This document shows positions 20,874-31,526 of a stretch of 64,000 nucleotides of DNA, piece after piece. The notes below the pieces were generated by a model. That model saw nothing but the letters and a program-made list of their open reading frames with translations. It searched no databases and had not been told where the DNA came from. Each line of letters begins with the position of its first letter. Position 1 is the stretch's first letter. Made by a program: the position numbers and the translations under genes. The stretch lies in IMG/VR virus record IMGVR_UViG_3300034073_005389, positions 297,491-361,490 of that record; one strand, given 5' to 3'.

Positions 20874-21215
20874 TTTGTCTAATTCACAAAGACTCCAAAA
20901 ATCTTCACAAGCATACCAATCAATGCTTTCAGCGCAAGATGGCTCTAGATAATCTAACCATCCACAATTATTGGGACAGTTATCAGAAGTGTGGCATTGA
21001 CAATTTGATAATAGATTAGCAATCTGCTTAGCAGCAGTACAAGCAAACTGATAATCTTCAGGTCGTCTAAGCTCCGAACAATGTAAACAATCAGGTTCGT
21101 CACCCTCTATCTCATGCGGATCAATTAAATCTAGCCAGGTGGATTCATTTTCTGAATCAGGAGAATATTCCTGGCAATTAACTAGAATAACTAGTACAAT
21201 CAAAAATTTCTTCAT
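20871..21215 (-). CDS. Cys-rich secreted or lipoprotein-like protein
   Basis: MKKFLIVLVILVNC signal; about 11 Cys. Confidence 0.6.
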   Translation of the reverse strand: MKKFLIVLVILVNCQEYSPDSENESTWLDLIDPHEIEGDEPDCLHCSELRRPEDYQFACTAAKQIANLLSNCQCHTSDNCPNNCGWLDYLEPSCAESIDWYACEDFWSLCELDK

Positions 21216-21479
21216 ATTAATTTTTAATATTTAAACCAATAATTAAACCTGTGGTAAAACAGATCCACATATTTAATATAATGAAAAACATTTAAAAGTT
21301 TTTATAAAACTCTGATTTATGTTTATTTAACGTTTCAAAATATTCTTGAGGAGTCCAGCCAGAATCTTCAATCATTTTAGTATGAGATTGTTCACTTTCA
21401 GCGAGCACCTCACTAATTTTACTAGAATAATAAGAAGTCAATTTGTTTATACAAACAATTAATTCTACAAATTGAAGTT

Positions 21480-21827
21480 TCATGCCTTGCCTTTATGGTT
21501 GGTTGGCTTAAACCCTTGAATAGTCTCAAACTGAATTCCAGGAGTAGTAGATAAATGTGCTCCTAGTTGACAGCTTTTAGACTTATGATACCCACTATTG
21601 TTCTGCCAAAAAGAAATATATGCTTTTTTGTCTTGTTCTGAGTTAAACTTTAGAATAGTGGCTTGTGATTGTTTCCCATCTGCTGCTTGAAAGCCAGCAT
21701 ATCGAATGGCTGTTTCTACAGAACAATCAGGGCAATTATTAATTTTTCCTCCAGCCCTATTCTTTTCTGAAGAATGCAAATCGAACTCTTCCCCACATTC
21801 AACACAAACTTTGATCATCATAATCAA
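21480..21827 (-). CDS. Zn-ribbon hypothetical protein
   Basis: CVEC...CPDC. Confidence 0.6.
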   Translation of the reverse strand: MIMMIKVCVECGEEFDLHSSEKNRAGGKINNCPDCSVETAIRYAGFQAADGKQSQATILKFNSEQDKKAYISFWQNNSGYHKSKSCQLGAHLSTTPGIQFETIQGFKPTNHKGKA

Positions 21828-22359
21828 AAAGGCAGATCGTCAAAAACATCCATTGTACGATAAGGGTAATTATCTGTTGGAGCAACTTGCATAGCATACT
21901 CTTGCTTGCTAAGCAAATGCCTAACATGCTCTAACTGCTCCAGCTTATCCATTTCAATACAACATTGATCGTCAAAATGATTACTAATAATAGTCTTTGC
22001 TTGCATTCTTCCCTCCAATAAAACCAATTTGTGAAGGATATAGTAGAGGAATTATTTCTTCAGAAATAAGCTCTTCCTCTGAATCAAAAGCTTGAACCTG
22101 CTCTTTATCATTGTCTGATTTGACCAGACGATGATAATCAAACAAATTCATATGAACTCTAAAAGAGTGCTTTAATACTCTTTTATATAGAGTACCTCTA
22201 CTTGAAACGCCAAGATAATATTCTACAGATCCATCTTGCCCAACCTTATAAAAGGTAATGCCCTTGTGTGTCTCGCCAAACAAATGATCTCGATAATGAT
22301 TAAAATCACCATTATCACCAGCAATATATTTGGTGGCTAGCTTATAAACTAAATCTTGA

Positions 22360-22761
22360 TTACTCATTCTCTTTCGCATTCCAAAAAGCAGTTGACCATT
22401 TTTGAAAAATATCTTCGGCATTATCACGATACCAACTATTGATCTCCTGCTGAAGATAAAAGTAAATAGCTGCCATACCATCATTCTGCATCGGATTATC
22501 ACCGACTCCAGCATCTTCATAAGCTTGAATAAAATCATTCTTATAAAGATACCAAAGATCTTCGATCTCCTTAGTATAAATAGGAACCGCAGAATCTACA
22601 ATCTCATGAATTGATCCATTGTAGTCTAGATCATTCCAAAGGTCTGGGCAACTAGATGGAGTATTAGCGTCAAGATACTCTGTTAGAGTATTCTTTACAT
22701 CTTCAATTGCAGACTCAACACGATCATTGAGAGTATCATTAACTTCAATGGTGCGCATCAT
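22360..22761 (-). CDS. ocr: Ocr (T7 gp0.3)-like DNA-mimic antirestriction protein
   Basis: IHEIVDSAVPIY..EI / YEDAG / AAIYFYL / AEDIF align in order with Ocr IHMAADNAVPHYYADI / FEDSG / ARIYEQL / AEDLL (Ocr recalled from memory); acidic. Confidence 0.7.
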   Translation of the reverse strand: MMRTIEVNDTLNDRVESAIEDVKNTLTEYLDANTPSSCPDLWNDLDYNGSIHEIVDSAVPIYTKEIEDLWYLYKNDFIQAYEDAGVGDNPMQNDGMAAIYFYLQQEINSWYRDNAEDIFQKWSTAFWNAKENE

Positions 22762-23786
22762 AAATCACCAATCAGTAGAAGAATTTTCCCAACGATTCTT
22801 GTTTGGATTGTTTTGACGCTTATCTCGACGATTCTTCATTGGTCCTCCCTTATGGCTAGAACCCATATCTTTTGCAATAAAATTACGAGGCAACTTTTGT
22901 TGACGAGGCTTAATCTTAGATCCCATGATACATTCTTTCAAGAAAAATTTTGCTTGTTAACTTCCCGAGTAATTTCTTCGTTAATTACAAAACTACCATC
23001 TAAATAAATACCATCTGGTAAATCATCAGTAGAAGATTCTACTATCTTTATAGCTTCTTGCATAGAAGAAGCTTTGACTTCAACAAAATCATGCATAATC
23101 CATTCAACTGCAATTTTATACTTTGTCATTTTCTCTCTGAGGCTTGCCCTCACTTATAGTCGGGCTGGTTAACCGATGGGAGCCCTTCATCATTACCTGA
23201 TAGCTTTTTAAGCTGTTCAATACAACGTTCAAACAAATAAAAGCTATTCTTATAAGGACCAACAGAGTCCCAAGTTTTTTGTTCCTGCTTTATTTCTTCA
23301 ATCAATTGCTTAATTTCTAAATTAATATTATTCATTTAAACTACTAAATTTTTCTTCTAGTTAAGAACTGTATTTAACATCTAAAAAACTTAGATAATGG
23401 TTACAACCTGTACAGGGGAATCAAAGTTAAAAACTTTACTCACTTGGGGTAATTGTATTTTTACAATCTTAGTGTCTTTATTTGTTCTTACTACATGTTC
23501 ATGCTGTAAGCTTCTAACTTGATGATATTGCCAAGTAGTCGCAATAACCATATTTGTGTCGTACTCTACAATACAATACATTGAATTGTCATCGTTATTT
23601 ATCATAAATATATTTTAACGCTGAGTAATTATTTGTAATAAATTTAAAATTATTGTAAATATAAGAATAACGTTTGTAATGTGTACTTTAGTTTCGAAAG
23701 TCATATACCTATCCTTTATAGAAAAAAGTTGTTCCCCTTTTCTACCTATCAATAGCCAATTGACCATCTCTCCCTGATAGATATTG

Positions 23787-23870
23787 TGCGGTTGACCAGA
23801 CTTGAACTGGTACGCTCTAACGAGCAGGAGATTTTAAGTCTCCGGTGTCTGCCGATTCCACCACAACCGC
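23787..23870 (-). tRNA. tRNA-Leu(TAA)
   Basis: GGAGA-CT-TAA-AA-TCTCC, long variable arm. Confidence 0.93.
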
Positions 23871-24195
23871 TAACTTTTTAGTTATAACTCTTCTTCAAAT
23901 GCTTGTCAAGCACTTGCTGCTTTGCTTTAGCAATTGCAGCCGCCCGCTGCATTTCATATAACATTTCTTTTCTATAATTTTCATCTTTCAATAATTCTTC
24001 TACCGTTCTATCATCAAAATCATTTTTCATAGGCTTGATTCCCAGTATCCATTAATAGGAAGATCAAATTTATTTTTTTCTTCTTCAGAAAAGAGATCGG
24101 CTTCTGATTGATTTACCCAACCCCACTGGTTATTCCAGTACAATGGAATTCCATCATCATCCATCTCAAAAGAATTTCGAATATAATATTCCATA

Positions 24196-24624
24196 TTACT
24201 CCAGAGAATTAATTTCTTCACAACTACAATCAAAATCAGGAGGATCCATATAAGATCCGCTATAGTGCGTCTCAGTATACTTTAACCACCTAGCCTTATT
24301 ATCGTTGCAATTCACTTTGCAAGTGAAACTAGTAGAATTGCTGCGACTACTAATACGTACCACGGCATCACGAACCTCTAATACTTCTACAGGTAGAAAT
24401 TCAATGGTATCAGGATCAGCTTCATAATACTGCTTCAACATCTCCAAAACTTGATCTTTGTTTTGAAGAATTTGATTGGCAGAATCTTTTTCTTCTTGAG
24501 CAAGAGATTGATAAAAATCTTCCATCAAATCAGAAGCATCAATTCCTTCTCTTTCAGATTCTGACTTCCAGAATTCAGAAGTTGTCATACAAGAAACGCC
24601 CAAAACATTATGATTGTACGGCAT
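24196..24624 (-). CDS. Hypothetical acidic protein
   Basis: 142-aa ORF. Confidence 0.6.
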   Translation of the reverse strand: MPYNHNVLGVSCMTTSEFWKSESEREGIDASDLMEDFYQSLAQEEKDSANQILQNKDQVLEMLKQYYEADPDTIEFLPVEVLEVRDAVVRISSRSNSTSFTCKVNCNDNKARWLKYTETHYSGSYMDPPDFDCSCEEINSLE

Positions 24625-24642
24625 AATTATATACTTTCATTA

Positions 24643-25257
24643 TCAATTCATTTTTTTTAATTCTAATAATTTTTGAAAAGATGAAGAAGTTAATAAGAAT
24701 GATTTAGAGTTATTTAACAAATCTCTTATTCGAGGCTCTAAATCTAAATCAGTAAATGATATTTGAATTTTATCTAAATTATATTTTTTTAAATCTTCAT
24801 CAATCTCTGAAAATTTATACTTCCATTTTAATGGAATTAATAATCCATTTTCTTGGATAAGACCATGAAGTCTTACATAGTCATCTGTTTTGGGATCTGT
24901 TTTTTCTACTAAAACTTGACCTTGAGGACTTCTACCAATAGAAGATTTTGCTAAATCACTCCACTTTTCTTGCCATTGTAAATCATCCCAATGATTAAAC
25001 AAATTTTGTGCATACTTAACTGGTAAAGTTTCTGGTACTGGAGGCTCATCAAAAGGCTCAAAAGTATAGTAAATACTTAAGTCAGGAAGAATAGATATTT
25101 TGTAATTTAAATAAGATAATAAATTTTCTCTGTATATTTCTTTTATAGAAAAATTTTTAATTTTAACAAGAGTTGGCTCATCATCTGATGACCCAAGGCT
25201 ATACTTAAATTTAAATTTATTAGCAAGTTTAAATATTCTATTGTAGAAATATTCCAT
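24643..25257 (-). CDS. Hypothetical protein
   Basis: GAGGTG RBS, 204 aa. Confidence 0.6.
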   Translation of the reverse strand: MEYFYNRIFKLANKFKFKYSLGSSDDEPTLVKIKNFSIKEIYRENLLSYLNYKISILPDLSIYYTFEPFDEPPVPETLPVKYAQNLFNHWDDLQWQEKWSDLAKSSIGRSPQGQVLVEKTDPKTDDYVRLHGLIQENGLLIPLKWKYKFSEIDEDLKKYNLDKIQISFTDLDLEPRIRDLLNNSKSFLLTSSSFQKLLELKKMN

Positions 25258-25526
25258 AATATCACCTCAATATTATTGATATGATATTATCATCCATATG
25301 ATTAGTTATCTCGTACAATATAATATTTATTTCCAAATTTATCAAATGCCCAGGTCCAACCATCTACCTCTAAAGAGGTAAATGACTTCTCTGGCACCAA
25401 CATCATTAGATTAGCATTATCAATACCAATTCTTTGCAGACCGGCAACCAAAGCCCCATGCTGATAAACTGTAAATTTCTTATCCATAATATTTATTTTG
25501 TTGAGGTTAATAGTTAATTAACTTAG

Positions 25527-25600
25527 CGTCCCCGATAGGATTTGAACCTATAACCTACGGATTAGAAGCCCGTTGCTCTATCCAATTGAGCTACGAGGAC
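25527..25600 (-). tRNA. tRNA-Arg(TCT)
   Basis: Canonical cloverleaf ACGGG-CT-TCT-AA-TCCGT. Confidence 0.93.
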
Positions 25601-25605
25601 TCAAT

Positions 25606-26130
25606 CTATTCTTTCTCTACGCCTAGTAGATGCTCTTTATATAGAGATTCTAAGTCTCGATCTGATAAATCAACGATCTTTTTTCTTCTAGGAGAATTAG
25701 GCATCGCTCTAGTTAATTCATCTATTAAAGGAGAAGATGGATCTTTCCTCTCTAATCTTCTAATTTTATACTCTAATGAGAGAATCTTTAGATCATTCTC
25801 GTGAAGTATTAAATAACTATAATCTTTTTCTTCTTCTGGCTCAGGCTCTACCAGAACTTTTTCTTTTTTAGAAACATTAGCAACTGGTTTTTCAACCGGC
25901 TCTATTACAGGAGCTTTAGGTTTTGGCTTTTCACTTTCAACAGGTTTGCTCTTAGGTCTCTTAGCTATTTCTTCATCTAAAATTTTATTAGCTAATCTTT
26001 TTCCCTCTGCAATACCATCCCCACCTAACATCATTTTTTCAAAACCACTTAGCTCAGACTCTATCAAAGATTCTGTGGTAGAGTTTACCTGCTCTTTAGC
26101 TTTATACAACTCTCCTAAACTAAGTTGCAT
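25606..26130 (-). CDS. Hypothetical protein with Pro/Lys/Glu linker
   Basis: 174-aa ORF. Confidence 0.55.
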   Translation of the reverse strand: MQLSLGELYKAKEQVNSTTESLIESELSGFEKMMLGGDGIAEGKRLANKILDEEIAKRPKSKPVESEKPKPKAPVIEPVEKPVANVSKKEKVLVEPEPEEEKDYSYLILHENDLKILSLEYKIRRLERKDPSSPLIDELTRAMPNSPRRKKIVDLSDRDLESLYKEHLLGVEKE

Positions 26131-26320
26131 TAAAGTTCTACCAGTTTTTTTTTAGAATATTCTTCCATTTTGCCACGAACTTGATCTTCACTTGGCTTCA
26201 TGGCTAAAGAGTATAAACTAATTTTATCTATATTGCTATTTTTTCTAATAGTAGAAGATCTAGACATAATATCACCCGTATTATATATGTATATATTACA
26301 AGCAATACTATTTTAAGTTT

Positions 26321-26914
26321 TCAATCATCAGAATTATTCTGATCTTCTTCTGCTTCCATTTCTCGAAGATACTCTACTTCTGATTCAGCTAAGAAATGCT
26401 CTAGCTCATTAACGTATTCTTCCAATTCATCAGCATTAGAATAATCACGATATTCATCGTGAAAACTACCATCTGTAGTATGAGCTACGCCCATAAAACG
26501 ATTACCTGACTCTAAATACTCCAGACGAATTCTAAGACCACGATCCTTATATTTATCATAAATATCTTCAAAAGCCGCTACTGGTGGTCCCCAAGCACTA
26601 TCAAAGTTTGATCTAAGTTCAAACTTATCGTGATCTTCTTCGAAAATTTCCAAATCATCAACTGGACCAACATCCCATTTAGTTCCCCAATTCTCTACAC
26701 ACCAATCATACCAAGATTTATATCCATATTTCTCTTGGTTTTGCTGCATCTTACTAGGCATATCGCCAGCTTCATTAGCATAAACTGCTTCAGTTTCAAG
26801 CAATTCTTGCGGGCATGGAACTAACTTTTGCAAAGACAATTTAGTCTCTGCAATCTCCTGAATTACATCTTTAGGTCCAGACAAAAATAAACTGTTTTGA
26901 CACCAATTAGGCAT
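26321..26914 (-). CDS. DUF1281/YubB-like ferredoxin-fold protein
   Basis: MPNWC, WCVENWGTKW, FDSAWGPP. Confidence 0.75.
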   Translation of the reverse strand: MPNWCQNSLFLSGPKDVIQEIAETKLSLQKLVPCPQELLETEAVYANEAGDMPSKMQQNQEKYGYKSWYDWCVENWGTKWDVGPVDDLEIFEEDHDKFELRSNFDSAWGPPVAAFEDIYDKYKDRGLRIRLEYLESGNRFMGVAHTTDGSFHDEYRDYSNADELEEYVNELEHFLAESEVEYLREMEAEEDQNNSDD

Positions 26915-27227
26915 TGCTGTTTTCCTTTACTCCAAAACGATCTTCGAACTCATTGCAAAGAAAAAAGTAATCAGGATGATCAGAAGAATTTCTCTTACAG
27001 AATAAATCTTTTTGACCATTTCCAATATAAACATATCCCACTTCAAATTCTTTACCAGTATTCTGTGCAATACGATACTGCCAAAAAATCTTATAATTAT
27101 TATCCTCTGCAATCTGATTCAATTCAGAACGTGAATAATATTGCCTCATGCCCTCTTACTTCCTACTACTAAACTCTTAGATTGACCGATGGGAAGCCTC
27201 ACGATATCTCTATTTGTCGAGAGATAA

Positions 27228-27719
27228 TTAGCCTCCACGATAACCGCGATAATCTTCTCGAAGATCACGAAGAATTTTGCCGCCCTTTATCTCAAAAATT
27301 CCTTTGAATTGAGCACCTCGCTCATAATATTTGAGCAAAAATCTAACCGCAGGGTACTTGTCACTCATCTTATGAATTACTGGAATCGGAGGACTCCATG
27401 CAGAATCAAAATAATATGTGGCACGACTACGAGAACCAGACAATCTAGAACTAACTAGCTTAGATCGATAAATTCCCCACTTAGTCCCCCAATTATCAAT
27501 ACACCATTGATAACCGCCAGAATTAAATCCATCTTTAATATAATTGCCCTGCTCACGAGCAAGAGCTGCCATTTCATCCATTTTCTTAAAATTTTCAGGG
27601 TATGGAATGTACTTATTAGCACTTAAAACTTCCAAACCTTCTTGCGAAAATTCCATGAAATCTATCACAAAGATTTCTTTACCATAAACAAACAAATCTT
27701 GTGAACAATGATTAGGCAT
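27228..27719 (-). CDS. DUF1281/YubB-like protein (paralog of 26321-26914)
   Basis: MPNHC, WCIDNWGTKW, FDSAWSPP. Confidence 0.75.
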   Translation of the reverse strand: MPNHCSQDLFVYGKEIFVIDFMEFSQEGLEVLSANKYIPYPENFKKMDEMAALAREQGNYIKDGFNSGGYQWCIDNWGTKWGIYRSKLVSSRLSGSRSRATYYFDSAWSPPIPVIHKMSDKYPAVRFLLKYYERGAQFKGIFEIKGGKILRDLREDYRGYRGG

Positions 27720-27949
27720 ACATCACTTCTTTTCCGAATGATCAGAACATTCACCCTGACAATAAATAGTACAATCAGGATAATTAATTAGTTGAGCAAA
27801 TTGCTCTCTAGTAGTGCTATTTTGAAACAATCTTCGCCATGCAACAGTTGCAGCACCAAGATCGCTTCCCCACCTACGGAAAATAGCTCTTGCCAAAATA
27901 ACATGATCAATATGAGAAAAATCTTTCATAGAATATCCTATGTTAATTG

Positions 27950-28384
27950 TTAATCTTTAGTGTAGTAAATGTATCCGGTCTTACCCATTGTGTCATACGA
28001 CAATCCTAAATCAATTAGGTTCTGACCCAACTCTGAATCAGGATCTGCCTCAGTACGAATAGCAAAACTGCTTTTCTTGCCAAACATTCCACGACCAGAA
28101 TAATCTAAATCAACCGTATAGTCAAGGTCTGAGCCAGAAAACAATTCATATACTTGATCTTCAAGATCCTCAGTATCAGGACCAAACTTATCAGAATAAT
28201 TATCTTCTGCCCAATTATAAATTGCCTCAATCGCCCCAGGATTATCCTCTAGGAAATTAACCAATGAAGCCAGATTAGCCCCACTAGATCCAATTCTAAA
28301 AAACCTATTCCGATCTGTATAGCCCAAATGCTCTGACAAACAGATTAGATCATTTACAGAGGAATTTAAATCTTCAATCTTCAT
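27950..28384 (-). CDS. Hypothetical acidic protein
   Basis: FLEDNPGAIEAI and YSGRGMFG motifs. Confidence 0.6.
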   Translation of the reverse strand: MKIEDLNSSVNDLICLSEHLGYTDRNRFFRIGSSGANLASLVNFLEDNPGAIEAIYNWAEDNYSDKFGPDTEDLEDQVYELFSGSDLDYTVDLDYSGRGMFGKKSSFAIRTEADPDSELGQNLIDLGLSYDTMGKTGYIYYTKD

Positions 28385-28415
28385 AAAATCTTTCTTCTAA
28401 GGAAAAAGTAAATAA

Positions 28416-28631
28416 TTATCCTTTACGACTAACAGTTCCATAACCGTCACCGAAACCATTACCGTAACGGTCACTATAATTATAACCGTAACCATAACCG
28501 TCACCGTCACCGCCACTGTAACCGTAACCGTTACCGTAACCTTCACCGCCAAAGCCACTGTAACCGTAACCGTAACCATTACCGTAACCGTAACCGTCAC
28601 GGCTTCCAACTAGCATAAAATATTCTTCCAT
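28416..28631 (-). CDS. Gly/Tyr-repeat protein, copy 5 (71 aa)
   Basis: MEEYFMLVG-(GX)n-TVSRKG. Confidence 0.75.
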   Translation of the reverse strand: MEEYFMLVGSRDGYGYGNGYGYGYSGFGGEGYGNGYGYSGGDGDGYGYGYNYSDRYGNGFGDGYGTVSRKG

Positions 28632-28635
28632 ATAT

Positions 28636-28965
28636 TTACCTCTTACGACTAACAGTTCCGTAACCGCAACCGTCACTGTCACCATAACCGTAACCGTAAC
28701 CGTAACCGTAACCGTCACCACGACCATTACCGTAACCATTACAATTACCGTAACCATTACCGTAACCGGAACCGTCACCGGAACCGTCACCGGAACCATT
28801 ACCATTACCATTACCATTACCGTAACCATTACCGGAACCATTACCGGAACCATTACCGGAACCATTACCGGAACCATCACTGTAACTGTAACTGTAACCG
28901 TAACCGTAACCATTACCGTAACCGTAATGGTCACGGCTTCCAACTAACATAAAATATTCTTCCAT
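28636..28965 (-). CDS. Gly/Tyr-repeat protein, copy 4 (109 aa)
   Basis: MEEYFMLVG-(GX)n-TVSRKR. Confidence 0.75.
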   Translation of the reverse strand: MEEYFMLVGSRDHYGYGNGYGYGYSYSYSDGSGNGSGNGSGNGSGNGYGNGNGNGNGSGDGSGDGSGYGNGYGNCNGYGNGRGDGYGYGYGYGYGDSDGCGYGTVSRKR

Positions 28966-28969
28966 ATAT

Positions 28970-29242
28970 TTACCTCTTACTAACAGTTTCGTAACCGTAA
29001 CCGTCACCGTAACCGGAACCATCATCATAACCGTAACCATAACCGGAACCATAATCGTTACCGTAACCATTACCGTAACCATAACCGTTACCGTAACCAT
29101 TACTGTAGCCGTAACCGTAACCGTCACCATAACCACGACCATTACCGTAACCGTAACCATTACCGTCACCGCAACCGTCACCATTAAAGGAAACGTCACC
29201 GGAACCATAACCATTACCGACTAACATAAAATATTCTTCCAT
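28970..29242 (-). CDS. Gly/Tyr-repeat protein, copy 3 (90 aa)
   Basis: MEEYFMLVG-(GX)n-ETVSKR. Confidence 0.75.
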   Translation of the reverse strand: MEEYFMLVGNGYGSGDVSFNGDGCGDGNGYGYGNGRGYGDGYGYGYSNGYGNGYGYGNGYGNDYGSGYGYGYDDGSGYGDGYGYETVSKR

Positions 29243-29246
29243 ATGT

Positions 29247-29492
29247 TTACCTCTTACGACTAACAGTTCCGTAACCGGAACCGCCACCGTAACCGTTACC
29301 GTAACCGTAACCGCCACCGTAACCGTTACCGTAACCGGAACCGCCACCGTAACCGTAACCGTAACCGTAACCGCCACCGTAACCGTAACCGTCACCGTAA
29401 CCGTTACCGTAACCGTCACTGTAACCGTAACCGTAACCGTAACCGTAACCGTCACCGGAACCATTACCGACTAACATAAAATATTCTTCCAT
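29247..29492 (-). CDS. Gly/Tyr-repeat protein, copy 2 (81 aa)
   Basis: MEEYFMLVG-(GX)n-TVSRKR. Confidence 0.75.
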   Translation of the reverse strand: MEEYFMLVGNGSGDGYGYGYGYGYSDGYGNGYGDGYGYGGGYGYGYGYGGGSGYGNGYGGGYGYGNGYGGGSGYGTVSRKR

Positions 29493-29496
29493 ATGT

Positions 29497-29676
29497 TTAC
29501 CTCTTACGACCAACAGTTTCGTAACCGTAACCGTCACCGTAACCGGAACCATCATCATAACCGGAACCATAACCGGAACCATAATCGTTACCATAACCGT
29601 TACCGTAACCATAACCATTACTGTAGCCGTAACCGTAACCGTCACCATTACCAACTAACATAAAATATTCTTCCAT
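29497..29676 (-). CDS. Gly/Tyr-repeat protein, copy 1 (59 aa)
   Basis: MEEYFMLVG-(GX)n-ETVGRKR; GAAGGA RBS. Confidence 0.75.
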   Translation of the reverse strand: MEEYFMLVGNGDGYGYGYSNGYGYGNGYGNDYGSGYGSGYDDGSGYGDGYGYETVGRKR

Positions 29677-29703
29677 ATATAAGTCCTTCAATGGAAGGTA
29701 AGA

Positions 29704-29737
29704 TAATCCCCATCATCATTATGATGATGGGGATTAT
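29704..29737. other. Strong hairpin between the DUF6948-like gene and the Gly/Tyr array
   Basis: TAATCCCCATCATCAT-T-ATGATGATGGGGATTA; no U tract on the minus strand. Confidence 0.6.
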
Positions 29738-29742
29738 TAGTT

Positions 29743-30069
29743 TCAAAGCCCCCAGTCAGAAGAAACTGGAACCCTGAAAATTTCAGATTCCTTAGGAAAA
29801 TCTACAACATGATCCATCTTCCTAAGAGTAACGCTCTTACTCTTAGGATCTTTAAGCACACCGTCGAATCCACAAGATTCCCACTTAAAAACCCAAACTG
29901 CATTACTCAGTCGAACTCGACCATTTTCTTCTGTTACATCACCTGCAAAAACCCAACCACGATCTACCACAACAACACAACGATTACCAGAAGGAACTAC
30001 AGTTCCAACAGAATCCTTACGAACATAATCAACGCCATTAATCGAAATAGTTTCAACAATAGTATTCAT
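29743..30069 (-). CDS. Sm-like/DUF6948-like phage protein
   Basis: INGVDYV, VVVDRGWVFAG, L.NA..V.KW pattern; family name from memory. Confidence 0.55.
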   Translation of the reverse strand: MNTIVETISINGVDYVRKDSVGTVVPSGNRCVVVVDRGWVFAGDVTEENGRVRLSNAVWVFKWESCGFDGVLKDPKSKSVTLRKMDHVVDFPKESEIFRVPVSSDWGL

Positions 30070-30123
30070 AACTTTCTCCTTTAAAAAATAGTAAAAATTT
30101 ACTTCCTGATATCAATCTTAATC

Positions 30124-30555
30124 TTAACCCTGAACCTCTACCACATAATAAAAATTAAAATTAAAACAATTAAGCAATCGAGCCCAATCACTATCAGATG
30201 GCTCAACCACAGATTGACCTCCTTGGTTATCATCAAAATAAGTAACGTTATCCCACCACTCTGATGCCGTCTTTCCAAATAGCTTCATAAAGATTCCATC
30301 TTTACCATCTAGCTCATCACTAGAACCACGATGATCCAAAACTTCATCTAAACTATAACCATAATCTTTAATACTTCCATCTTCAAGAATATTTCTAAAT
30401 TGCTCAATATTCTTTTGAAGCATCACTTTTTCAGCAGCCTCTTTACTAGTAAAGACTCTACTAGGATTACCTCCCTCACTAGGAAGATAAACCTCATCGT
30501 TATAATCAAAACCAGCTTCCATCAACACAAAATAACTCATTGTTACCTCAATCAA
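30124..30555 (-). CDS. Hypothetical protein
   Basis: FDYNDEVY motif. Confidence 0.6.
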   Translation of the reverse strand: MIEVTMSYFVLMEAGFDYNDEVYLPSEGGNPSRVFTSKEAAEKVMLQKNIEQFRNILEDGSIKDYGYSLDEVLDHRGSSDELDGKDGIFMKLFGKTASEWWDNVTYFDDNQGGQSVVEPSDSDWARLLNCFNFNFYYVVEVQG

Positions 30556-30904
30556 CTTTAATTGTTAGGTTTTTATTTTGCTTACGCTGTGAACCTAACA
30601 TCCAATCTTGGATGTTAATATTTTGCATCCATTGATCTAGACTAGGAATAAATCCTAAATCTTCAATCACATGATCTTCAGCAATATCCCGAACAGAAAC
30701 TAACTTACCATCAGAATTAGTAATTGTAATTCCGTAAGTTTTCTCTACAATAAAAATTCCAAATGCAGAATGGAAAATAGCTCGGTGCTGCATCGAAGCA
30801 CATGCTGCTTTACTACTATCCATGAAATTATGGATGTCAATATAATCTTCCCACTTACCGCCATGCTTTTTAGCAGAATTCTTAGCGTGAATCAAAGGCT
30901 TCAT
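30548..30904 (-). CDS. Conserved His-motif phage protein (DUF6915-like)
   Basis: HAKNSAKKHGG, IHNFMDSSK, HRAIFHS, EDHVIEDLG. Confidence 0.7.
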   Translation of the reverse strand: MKPLIHAKNSAKKHGGKWEDYIDIHNFMDSSKAACASMQHRAIFHSAFGIFIVEKTYGITITNSDGKLVSVRDIAEDHVIEDLGFIPSLDQWMQNINIQDWMLGSQRKQNKNLTIKVD

Positions 30905-31397
30905 ATATTCACTTATAAAGTTTTACAATATGTTCAGCAATTTCTCGTCGATGACATTCTGCCACAATCTCATACAATTCTTGATTGTCTTTGTCTTGCA
31001 CGCAAACATGATACTCGCCAAACGGAGTCTTGCGAAGCAAAACATTCCCAAAACTTTCATCGGTAGATAGTTTGCGATAAAAACAACCTACCGAACCATT
31101 AGGAACTTGAATCATATTCACCTCGTACGAGCCGAACTTTCGGCGTAAAAGATTTCTTCCAATTCTTCAATAGAACGATCTAGCATCAATAAAGCATTGA
31201 CTAGTTTAATACAAACTCCGCTTCGATTGTATTTATTAGTAATAACCTCAACTGCCGATAAAGCGGCATCAGCCAAATCGTTATGCTTACAATATTCATC
31301 TGCTGCATCAGGCGCAAGATCATTCAGAATAAGATACAATGTTTTACGAAGTCTTTTTTGAGAATTAATATCCATTTTCAATCCTTAATAGGATAAG

Positions 31398-31481
31398 TGC
31401 CGCCAACAAGACTCGAACTTGTACGCTTGCAATAAGCAGAAGATTTTAAATCTTCGGTGTCTGCCATTCCACCATGGCGGC
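31398..31481 (-). tRNA. tRNA-Leu(TAA)
   Basis: GAAGA-TT-TAA-AA-TCTTC. Confidence 0.92.
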
Positions 31482-31526
31482 TAATAAAGAACTCTTTACT
31501 TAAGTTACTAACTAATAAAGAACTCT

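Noticed and set aside
28397-29654. Val/Thr/Met-repeat ORFs and long fused ORFs in the ORF track
   Set aside because: They are alternative frames of the GGT-TAC repeats; RBS and conserved MEEYFMLVG starts define five separate Gly-frame genes.
28416-29700. CRISPR array (constant ~50-nt junctions with variable intervening DNA)
   Set aside because: Intervening sequences are 130-290 nt low-complexity coding repeats, not unique 30-40 nt spacers; no cas operon.
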